Shown: positions 53,347 to 64,000 of the stretch, in pieces
Numbering within the stretch: position 1 is the stretch's first letter
Layout: the number at the start of each line of letters is the position of its first letter
Source: Octopus sinensis
Taxonomy: Eukaryota
Direction: 5' to 3'
NCBI RefSeq assembly: GCF_006345805.1
Contig: NC_043015.1
Span: 31,682,001-31,746,000, forward strand
Length of the DNA stretch: 64,000 bases
Position numbers and translations under genes: made by a program
The notes under the pieces: model-generated
What the model was told of the DNA's origin: nothing
The model's input: only the letters and a program-made list of their open reading frames with translations
Database searches by the model: none

Positions 53347-54319
53347 AGCATCTACAGCATGCACAGGAGAAGAGAGTAATGCAGGTGGGGGAGGTACAGA
53401 AGGATGAGTTTCGAAATTTCATAGACCACTACATTTCAATCAAGGTGTTCAGTGAAGTTAAGAAAGTAGGAAGATCTAGAAGATATATAGGAGTGAAGTG
53501 AAGTGAGAGAGAGAGAGAGAGAAGAGAGAAAGAGAGAGATAGGGGGAGAGAGGGAGGGAGAGAGAGAGAGAGAATGGGGAGAGGCAATAACGATGAAGGT
53601 AGGAGTGGGTGGTGGTGGTGATGTTAATTTGATATATGAAATGAATGATTCAATCTTATAAACTATTTTATACATGCATAAATAAAATTATATACATGCC
53701 AATATGTACTCTACATGTGTATATATGTGTGCTAGGCTTATTCAGTTAATGTTTGGAGTAGCTTGTGTACATACATAACTCTCTGAGTGTGAAAAAGAGA
53801 GAAGGGGGGAAGGGTGATGGGAAGTGTAACTGTGTGAGTGTGCGTATATACGTGTTTTTATGAAAGAGTGCATATAATAATGTTATAACACAGTGTATAT
53901 GAACAACTATAACCACAATCGATTTGATAGGGCACAGCATTTAAGAGAAATGAGACTGTGTGGTGTTCATGGCTTTCCCAAAAGCACTTAGAGTCAATGT
54001 GAAGTTCAATAGCTACAATTGAAACTCAAATTTAAGTAAGAGACTTGGTCTGCGGAATGGTAGCTATAAGACTAACTATATGGGGTCGTGATGTAGGGCA
54101 CAGTGATGGCAGGGCTCCACATGGTGGCAACATGTGGGATATTGTGGTAGCTCAGTGGAATTACATGTGCCATAATGCAGGATGCAATGATAGCGGGAGG
54201 ACACAACATGATGCCATCATGAGGGACTTAAACATGATGGCAGCAGAAGACCAGAATAAAGTACCATCATGTGGGATATAAATTAGAATGATAACAAAAT
54301 ACTCCATGGCACCAATTCA

Positions 54320-54712
54320 CGGAGACCTAGGGAGACACGGGATGGAAGTACGGAAGGACAATCTCAGGATACTGAACCTTATGGAGATGACAAAAGTCCA
54401 AGATATTTGGCGCTTTGCAAACCTCAAGAATACTCATCTTCCACAGCAGAGCTGTTAATGCTGCTCTCCTTTGCTGAAGAGGATTGACCTGCATGAGTCC
54501 TGTGCTGGTGCCACACAAAAAGCACCCATGCCAGCATCATGTAAAAGCACCCAGTGCACTCTGTAAAGTGGTTGGCATCAGGAAGGGCATCCAGTCGTAG
54601 AAACCAGGTCAAACCAGACTGGAACCTGGTACATTCTTCTGCTTGCCAGCTCTCGTCAACCCGTTCAATCCATGCCAGCATGGGAAACAGACATATGATG
54701 ATGATGATGATA
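54320..54712 (+). mobile_element. RTE ORF2 C-terminal remnant plus family C 3' end
   Basis: RRPRET..KDNLRILNLMEMTKVQDIWRFA resembles the RTE C-terminus; family C core and (GAT)n follow. Confidence 0.65.
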
Positions 54713-55414
54713 TAATGTTAGCATAGAGCAGGCATATTAGTACCCTGTCACTTGTTGACATACATTATCTCAGGTGTGCTACAAGTTATTTAAGTTAAAT
54801 ATGGCTGGTGTAAAGATATCATTTCCAAATATTTTTAAGTACAATCACAACTCCTTTATCTCGAATTTACAAATGAAGCCATATTTCAATGCAGTCACCA
54901 CATTTTTGTGAATGAATGAGAAAGAAATCACATTCTACTCTCTCAAATGTGAGTTTTTATTAAAAAAAAGGAGAAAGTCATAATTCACAGCAAAAGTAAA
55001 TATGACTGAGTGGTTAAGTAGCTTACTTTGCAACCGTGTGGTTTTGGGTTCAGTCTCACTTTGGGAAAATGTCTTCTACTATAGCCCTGGGCCAACAAAT
55101 GGCTTTTGAGTGAATTTGGTAAATGGAAACTGTGTGGAAGCCCATTGTGTGCGTCTGCAGTTATGCATGTGTGTGTCTTGGTGGTTTGTTACCCAACCAC
55201 CACTTCACAACCAATGTGAGTTTGTTTCATTTCTACAAAGTTTGGCAAAAGAAACCAACAGAATAATTGCCAGACTTAAAGATAAGTGCTGGGGTTGGTT
55301 TATTTTTCAATTAAACCCTTTGAGGCAGTGCCCCAGCATGGCCACAATCCACTGACCGAAACAAGTAAACAATAAAACTTACAAATTTTAACCAAAGAAT
55401 CAGTGATAAGATAT

Positions 55415-55765
55415 TGGTAAGTAGCTTGCTAACCAACCACATGGTTCCGGGTTCAGTCCCACTGCGTGGCACCTTGGGCAAGTGTCTTCTGCTATAGCCC
55501 CGGGCCGACCAATGCCTTGTGAGTGGATTTGGTAGACGGAAACTGAAAGAAGCCTGTCGTATATATGTATGTGTGTGTTTGTCCCCCTAGCATTGCTTGA
55601 CAACCAATGGTGGTGTGTTTACGTCCTTGTCACTTAGCGGTTCAAAAAGAGACCGATAGAATAAGTACTGGGCTTACAAAGAATAAGTCCAGAGGTCGAG
55701 TTGCTCGACTAAAGGCGGTGCTCCAGCATGGCCACAGTCAAATGACTGAAACAAGTAAAAGAGTA
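55415..55765 (+). mobile_element. Family A SINE, young copy
   Basis: ggttccgggttcagtcccactgcgtggcaccttgggcaagtg..ggcggtgctccagcatggccacagtcaaatgactgaaacaagtaaaagagta. Confidence 0.9.
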
Positions 55766-57536
55766 TAAATCAGATGAACTAAAATCCTTTGGGAGGTTAT
55801 AAACTCTAGTTACACATCTACGTACAGTCATTCATATATGTTTGTATGAATCCGCAACACCTTCCTGTAACCAGCCCTGGATGCTTCTGTAGACTTATAC
55901 AGCAGAGCAATTGAAAAGAAAACATTCTTAAGCATTATTCCACACATTCCATTATATAAATGGAATCCACAAGAGACATACTACATATATATATATATCT
56001 GTTCTAGCAAACAAATTCACTCCCACAAACAAATATCAAGTGATTCTTTCACTTTGCATGGTAGGCAAAAAGTTGCTGCTGCTGCTGCTACTACTACTAC
56101 TACTACATGTTTACATGTCTGTCTGTCTGTCTCTATATATACATCCACAAACATGTGCATATACATACATCTATACAGACACACATACATATATACACTT
56201 ATATACATACCAAGAATGTGGATTTATAAGCTTTCAAAACACTAGGTTGATTAAAGACTACATATGTAGTGTGTGTGTGTGTGTGTCTGTGTGTATGTAT
56301 GCATGTATGTATGTATATATGCATGTATGCATCTATATATGCATGTATGCATGTATATATATGTATATATGTATGTATGTATGCATGTATGCATGTATGT
56401 ATGTATGTATGTATGTATCCATGCATGCTTATCAATTACATTGACACTCCATCACTTTATTGGTACTTTATTTTATTGACCCTTGTGAGATGAAAGGTGA
56501 AGTTGATTTTGGTGGGTTTTGAGCTCAGAATGTAAAATACCAAAAGAAATACTGTAATGCATTTTTCTAGTCCTCTAATATTCTTCCCATACAACTAATC
56601 AAATAATATAATTAATTAGCACTACTTGTGGAAATTCCAATGACGGTGAGAAGTTTACAGAGAAACAAGAAATATATAATTTCTATTGAACCTGTATTTT
56701 GTTTGAAATATTTGATACTTTAGAAAAGTCCAAATAGGGAGAACTGGACATGCAATCTTAGAATACATCATCTCTGAAAGTCTTTGTTATGGACACATAT
56801 ATCTTTTGCCTTGAGAGGTGTTATTATTTGTCACTGTACCTCATTTCCATATCAAAGAAAAGTTCATATGGCTAGACTTGAACCCACAATCCAGTTGAAT
56901 GAGGTGCAGTAGCTGTCTCACTAAGCCGAATAAAGATGATAATGCCAATAATGATGATGATGACAACAATCCAAACAGAAGTAAATCAACAAAAACCCAT
57001 AAAAGAAAAGAAAAAAAAAGGACCGTCAAGTTTGATGAGAAAGAGAATGTTTGAGAACCTGGAGAGTAATTAGAGGAATTTTAATTATTTGTTCAGTCAG
57101 GGAAATTTATTGAAGGAAAAAAAAAAGAAAATGAAAATAGAAAGTCTTTTATGATTTAAAAAAATATTTTTCCTTTCAACTGGTTCTTATCCACCACAAT
57201 GACTGGTTTATGTCAAAAAAAAAAAAAATAGCAATCAATGGTGGTTTGAAACAATTCTCCAGTTTTTACTAATAAGATGTAGAATTTAGGGAGTAAAAGA
57301 AATAAAATGAAACAAAATATTACTCTTTACTCTTTTACCTGTTTCAGTCATTTGACTGTGGCCATGCTGGAGCACCGCCTTTAGTCGAGGAAATCGACCC
57401 CGGGACTTATTCTTTGTAAGCTCAGTACTTATTCTATCGGTCTCTTTTTGCCGAACTGCTAAGCGACGGGGGACGTAAACACACCAGCATCAGTTGTCAA
57501 GCAATGCTAGGGGGGACAAACACAGACACTCAAACA

Positions 57537-57765
57537 TAACCCTTTTGATACCAACCCGCCTGAAACCGCCTCTGGCTCTGTAGTACAAATGTCTTGTTTT
57601 CATAGGTTTTGGATTAAAATCTTCCACAAAACCTTAGTCACAATTTATATCCCTAACACTAGCTTAATGATAAACTAAATTATTTTACTAATTCTTTGTT
57701 ATATTTAAAATTAATTGAAAGAAACACAGAGTATCTCAACAGAAATATGGTAACAAAAGGGTTAA
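57537..57765 (-). mobile_element. TTAA/piggyBac-like MITE
   Basis: Termini taacccttttgatacc..ggtaacaaaagggttaa; reverse complement of the 59733-59961 copy. Confidence 0.8.
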
Positions 57766-59215
57766 TCAGTGTAACTAAGGCCATCTGTCATGTGAGCCAG
57801 TTTATTGGGTACATAGCAATCCCTGACACAGCAGGTGACATTGTAGGAATTCACAATATTTCCCCAGTTTTCCAAATGAATTAGAGACTTGTATGTAATA
57901 TGTCAGAAATTTTGGTTACATAAATAGAAGCTCACAGTTATTCTTTCTTTGGTCAGGCCTCGACAGAACACATTTTGGGCAGTTGGTCTTAGTACAAGAC
58001 ATATTTTAGCAGAACAGAACGGTAAATGTCATAATCTCTTTCTGCCTGGTCACATATGTCAATAACAGAACTATTTACGCATCACATGAATTACAGAGTT
58101 GACTTGTACAAATAAAACATATGCGCAATATCTTTCCTATAAACACAGTTATGTAAACCACATTTTTATTAATGTCATATATTGAAACTTGTTAATTGTC
58201 AATGCATGAATAACTGTCCAAATATGCGTGTTATTTCTCACTGTATACATTTGCTGTCCATTTACAGACCTGTACTCAAAACCTTTGTAAGTAGCTGTTT
58301 GATAATTTTAGGTTCTAGTGCCACTCACACCAGAAGAGCTTTCCACTTCTGGTGGTAGCATCTTTTATCTTTTACTTGTTTCAGTCATTAGACGGTGGCC
58401 ATGCAGGGGCACTGCTGCCAAAGGAACCAAAACCAGTACATTTTCTTAAAGCCTGGTACTTATTCTATTGGTCTCTTTCGCTGAACCACTAAGTCACAGG
58501 GATGTAAACACACCAACACCAGTTGTCAAATGGTGGTGGGGGGCAATCACAGACACAAAGACACACAATTGTAGATGAGTGTATATATATAGATATAAAA
58601 ATATATCTATATACATCTCTCTATATATATATACACACACAAGCATGCACACACCTATGTTGTCCAATGCTCGAAATGAGGAGTATTTAGACAGCCAACA
58701 ACTGATGAAGGGTCGTTCTTTATGTTACTTGTCCTGTTTTCCATTTGTTTCTCTCGTTGTTTGGATATTGAACTCATTTGTCTCCGTATTTTATATTGTT
58801 TAATGTTGGTGATGTCCTGATATTATTTATATCTATATTGATGTATTTATCTATATATCTATTTATATCCATATATATCTATATATATCTGTCTATATAT
58901 ATATCCATATATATCTATATATGTATATATCTATCTATCTCTATATATCTATATATAAATATATATATATATATACATCTCCTCTCTTTCTCTCGATATA
59001 TATATATATATATACACACACACATATATATATAAGATATACCATTTTAATCTTGAGCAACACCAGGTATCTCTGCTAGTATATATATATATATATATAT
59101 ATATATGGCGGTGCCCCAGCATGGCCACAGCCCGTGAGCTGAAACTAGATAAAATAAAATAAAATTAAATTAAAAAAATATATATATATTTATATGTCAC
59201 ATGCTTCTTTTAGTC

Positions 59216-59700
59216 ACATTAGTATTGTAAATATAGACTCAAAGAGGAAACCCTGCTAATGTTAATTAATAATGTAACTTTACTATTGTTACTTCCTGGC
59301 ATCCCCTTATTATCAATAGGTAGTTCAAAGCATGTTAATGCTACTAAATCAGGTTTCAACTATTTACATTATATCAAATTATCTCTCGTAATTTTATTAA
59401 GTTATAAATTTTTTTCCTTCTTTTTGACATTCTGTACAAGATGCTGAAATGTTTTTTGCCTTTTTTTCTTTCCATTTTGCTCTTCCATAAAAATTCACAG
59501 AGTTCAGAGAGAAACGTAATGCCCTGCCAAAACACTTTGTTTCAATTTGTTCAATTAATCTTATTAATATCCGGATGAAAGTGTAAAAGAAATTGAAAAT
59601 ATAATTTCCCAGACTATTAGCCTTATCTCCAGTGTTTATAGCTACAATTCTTAACATTAGCATGGTTTCCTCTTTGAGTCTATATTTACAACACTAACGT
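59216..59700. mobile_element. MITE-like element with ~47-bp terminal inverted repeats
   Basis: ttagtattgtaaatatagactcaaagaggaaaccctgctaatgttaa (59219-59265) versus ttaacattagcatggtttcctctttgagtctatatttacaacactaa (59651-59697), 2 mismatches. Confidence 0.75.
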
Positions 59701-59732
59701 CTACACTATGTTTCAGATCCTCCATACTAGCT

Positions 59733-59961
59733 TTAACCCTTTCGTTACTGTATTTATTTGTAGATGCTCAGTGTTTCTTTCAATTACTTTAAATATAACA
59801 AAGAATTTAGTAAAATAACTTGGTTATCATTCAGCTGGTGTTAGGAACATAAATTATGACTAAGGTTTGGTGGAAGATTTTAATTCAAAACCTATGAAAA
59901 CAAGACATTTGTACTACAGAGCCAGAGCTGGTTTCAGCTGGGTTGGTAACAAAAAGGTTAA
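59733..59961 (+). mobile_element. TTAA/piggyBac-like MITE
   Basis: TTAA-ccctttcgttac..gtaacaaaaagg-TTAA. Confidence 0.8.
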
Positions 59962-60334
59962 ACTCAAAACTTTCAGGCAACAGTGGCAAAGGGGTTAAAA
60001 ACAATGGGGAACAATTTTGAACATAATTTCTGTTGAGTTCAATTTTCTATTTGATTTAGACTAAAATTGGCTGATTTCAAAACTACAGCCAGTTTTCTTC
60101 TAACACATTGAGTTTTTTTCCTACAGTTTTTTGAATAAGCAACAATTGTATTGTTTATCCTTAAGTAACAAGACTGATCACCTGATTGCTTTTATTATTT
60201 TACTGAAAAGGAGTGAGAAATTTTTAGACCTGGTGACTTTAGGTTGAGTTTTGAAAAGCATGGCAGCCTAAGGTCAGTTTCAAATCTTCTTCCAAAATAT
60301 AAGTCATGATTATTGACCAATGAGATGCCTCAAC

Positions 60335-60538
60335 TCTCTTTTACTTGTTTCAGTCATTTGACTGCGGCCATGCTGGAGCACCGCCTTTAATCGAGCAAAT
60401 CGACCCTGGGACTTATTCTTTGTAAGCCCAGTACTTATTCTATCGGTCTCTTTTGCCGAACCGCTAAGTGATGGGGACGTAAACACACCAGCATCGGTTG
60501 TCAAGCAATGCTAGGGGGACAAACACAGACACACAAAC

Positions 60539-60614
<76 letters not shown>

Positions 60615-60780
60615 TACGACAGGCTTCTTTCAGTTTCCGTCTACCAAATCCACTCACAAGGCTTTGGTCGGCCCGGGGCTATAGCAGAAGACACTTGCCC
60701 AAGATGCCACGCAGTGGGACTGAACCCGGAACCATGTGGTTGGTTAGCAAGCTACTTACCACACAGCCACTCCTGCGCCT
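60335..60780 (-). mobile_element. Full-length young family A SINE
   Basis: Complete tRNA-like head (aggcgcaggagtggctgtgtggtaag..ggttccgggttcagtccc), CORE-like segment, (TA)n middle, tail. Confidence 0.92.
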
Positions 60781-61104
60781 GGTCTTCAATTCTTAAGAGC
60801 CAAGTCCCTGTATCAAAATGAAGGCTGGAAGCTTACTACATAAAGTGAAACGGTCCAGATTGAACACCCCAGGAAGAGCTAAAAGTGTAAATTTTTACCC
60901 TAACTATTTGCACACAATTTGACTCGCAGTAACAATATCCTGTTGGTGAACAAAATAAATTTGTATAAACATTACAGTCGAGAAAGTTTTATTATTTTCC
61001 ATTGTAGGTAAATTTTTAAAACATTCTATAAAATAAGCACAAATTTGTTAGATGCAGTATTTTTATGGGCTTTTTTGGAGACTAACACTAATTATGAGGT
61101 TAAT

Positions 61105-61513
61105 TACTCTTTACTCTTTTACTTGTTTCAGTCATTTGACTGTGGACATGCTGGAGCATCGCCTTCAGTCAAGTAAATCAACCCAGGACTTATTCTTTGT
61201 AAGCCTACTACTTATTCTATTGGTCACTTTAGCTGAACTGCTAAGTTATGGGGACGTAAACACACCAGCATCGATTGTCAAGCGATGTTGGGGGGACAAA
61301 CACAGACACACAAACACATATATATATATATATACATACACACACACACGACAGGCTTCTTCCAGTTTCCGTCTCCCAAATCCACTCTCAAGGCCTTGGT
61401 CAGCCCAAGGTTATAGTAGAAGACACTTGTCCAAGGTGCCATGCAGTGGGACTGAACTCGGAACCATGTGGTTGAGAAGCAAGCTACTTAACACACAGCC
61501 ACTCCTGTGCCTA
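61105..61513 (-). mobile_element. Full-length family A SINE
   Basis: Collinear with the 60335 copy. Confidence 0.88.
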
Positions 61514-61529
61514 TAATATAATAACCTTC

Positions 61530-61640
61530 ATGGAGCTTTAGGTGTTTTTGCTCAATAAACACTCACAACGCCCGGTATGGGAATCGAAACTGCGATCCTA
61601 CGACTGCGAGCCCGCTACCCTAACCCCTGGACCATTGCGT
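61530..61640 (-). mobile_element. tRNA-like SINE head (not a tRNA gene)
   Basis: cgcaatggtccaggggttaggg..gtttcgattcccataccggg followed by ttgagcaaaaacac; A/B boxes present but no clean cloverleaf. Confidence 0.55.
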
Positions 61641-61745
61641 CAGATATTTGTAATTTTATCATCTCACAGACAGTTCAATATTGACTTAGATAGACATTTA
61701 TGTATTTGTATACATGCTTTGTTTGGTTTCTTCACAGAAATAGAA

Positions 61746-61897
<152 letters not shown>

Positions 61898-63409
61898 AAC
61901 TTTTTTCACAATATGAACTCTCATAAGTATGTCAATTTTTGTTAAATACCCACCCCCGATCTCATTATTAAAATACTGTTTGGTATGCAAAAAACTTCTC
62001 TGGTTTCAATCTGGTGGCTTTCAGGCAACATTTAATCTTCTCTATTCATGAAATATTCCACACTAAAAAAAAAGCTATAACTTCAACATTTATTGTCAAA
62101 CACAGCACAAGAATGAAAAAAAAAAACACGAGGATTTTCATTTTAGACATCTCAATAAAAACAAAAACAACCTCTACCCTTAAAAAAAATTATTCTCTGT
62201 CCAAGTTTGGTTCAACTCAAAGTTGGTTTTCTTTTCGAAATCTTAGACACAAACTCTCAACTGGTCAAGCTAATGGCTGCTTGTTCTGCTAGAAATAGCA
62301 GTTCCATCTCTCTTACACCTTACTGTCTTTAAAAAATGGACATAATATTATAATGCAGTCTTAGATACAACATGATTGAACAAAAGCTAGAACTCTTTTG
62401 AAATGTTTTTATGCTTGCTGAAACAAGAGTATGACCTGGAGCTAAGCAATAACACCATAGCAAGGTAATGTAGTCCTAGACAGTTTACTTGAATAAAGGA
62501 CAAGGTGGCTATGGACAGACACCTTTGATCATCGGACTGTTTGATCATAGGATTACCTCTAGGACTCAATAACTGCAGCAGTAAGAACAACACTCAAGTG
62601 ATGTTTTTACGTCAGGATACTATCCAGGAAACCTTAATCACGAGTGGGAGCTGTTACATGGTTGCTCAAACTGCTAGAAATAGCAGATTTCCATAATATC
62701 ATACCATACCAGCTTAAAAGAAGGAAGGACACACTGAACAGTAGTTCTAGGTATAGCAGCTAAGAAAAAAAAAAAAGATATAGTTTTCATTGATCAGTTT
62801 GATCTGGAGCTGAACAGTAACACCAATGTCAACAACATCCAGTAGTATGTCTGTTGGAGTTGTGAAACAATTTGAAACGATCACTTTGATACCAGTATAT
62901 TACTGGTACTTATTTAATCATCCCTGAATAGGATGAGAAACCCAAATAAGCAAAAGAAAAAAACAAGACAAAGGAGTGACAGAAAATAAGTTAACGAGAA
63001 TTTGATAATTGCAAAATTAACACAGAATAACTGCTGCCTAATGAACCAATATTGCAGCTTTGCAAGCAACTTGTTGCACCGAGGACTCTAAATACCTGTA
63101 CACAAAACACAAATTATTCATAAACAGGTGGACAATCAAGCACAGGTATACACATACACATACACAGAGAGAGCATTTATGCTTTTGGCGATTCATAAAA
63201 AGATAATTTAATCTATAACAGGAAAATCATGCCGAGTGGTATTATTTATCCCTGTTGGTGTTTGGATGAAGAGTTATCTAAAGAGACATAACCAGAGATA
63301 GAGACACTGTGATCAAACATGTTTTTCATGGAGGACTGGAAACAAACAATATCCTTGTATGATGGTGATGTTTTGTTTACAAGCATTATGCAATATCTAG
63401 ACAAGGATT

Positions 63410-63451
<42 letters not shown>

Positions 63452-64000
63452 TTTCAGTTTCTGTCTACCAAATCCACTCACAAGGCTTTGGTTGATCTGA
63501 GGTTATAATAGAGGACCAAGATGCCACACAGTGGGACCGAATCCCAAACCACATGGTCGGGAAGCAAACAGCCATGCCTGCACCTAATGAATGCCAGAAT
63601 TTACAATCAGGTCATCTTTTGTAAATACTACCATTATTACAGAGGATTCTAAACAGGAACCTAAATCTGTAACTATGTCCAAGAGTTTTTTAAAAATCAT
63701 TTTGTGTGTGTGTGTGTAATATCTTTTAGTCAGGAGGGAAGGTAGTGCCTATGACCCTTCACTGGATCTCGAGGACAAGTATAAAGGTGAAAAGTATCCT
63801 CAAATCAGTAACTTGGTTCAAATGCTTGCAACACAGTAGACATGACCACAAAAAATGTTCAGCTCAAAATGCTATACATCACAAGTGTGAGATAAAAGAT
63901 TAATTTTTCTCAGGTACTGGTTTGGCCATTAAACCACTCAGAGGTAACATTGGGATAGTACCTACACAGCTTAGTTCCAAAATTATGAGAATAAGTGAAG

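Noticed and set aside
61530-61640. tRNA gene
   Set aside because: A/B boxes only, poor stems, and it continues into SINE body sequence; the same applies to family A/B heads.

Overview
AT-rich, microsatellite- and retroposon-dense animal DNA; the SINE/RTE/Penelope repeat content suggests an octopus or other coleoid cephalopod (inference). The main feature is a minus-strand group I p21-activated kinase gene (PAK1/2/3-like). Twelve coding exons traced by hand from 34693 down to the stop at 12507 splice in phase via GT-AG (1418 nt: CRIB/PBD, autoinhibitory segment, acidic run plus PIX-binding motif, complete STE20 kinase domain). The N-terminal coding exon was not found and probably lies beyond 64000. 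A 3'UTR intron and a ~5.4 kb terminal UTR exon are likely. The last coding intron holds a ~8.9 kb array of ~84 x 106-bp units that apparently grew from the edge of an RTE retroposon between two CCTGT microhomologies. Also present: a frameshifted CR1/L2-type LINE whose 3' tail matches the dominant SINE, an RTE fragment with a TSD in a palindrome, Penelope (GIY-YIG) remnants, a 158-bp palindrome with minimal hammerhead-ribozyme motifs, a Tc1 remnant, TTAA/piggyBac-like MITEs and several intronic or UTR inverted repeats that are candidate dsRNA, editing or back-splicing substrates. Most listed ORFs are repeat artefacts.
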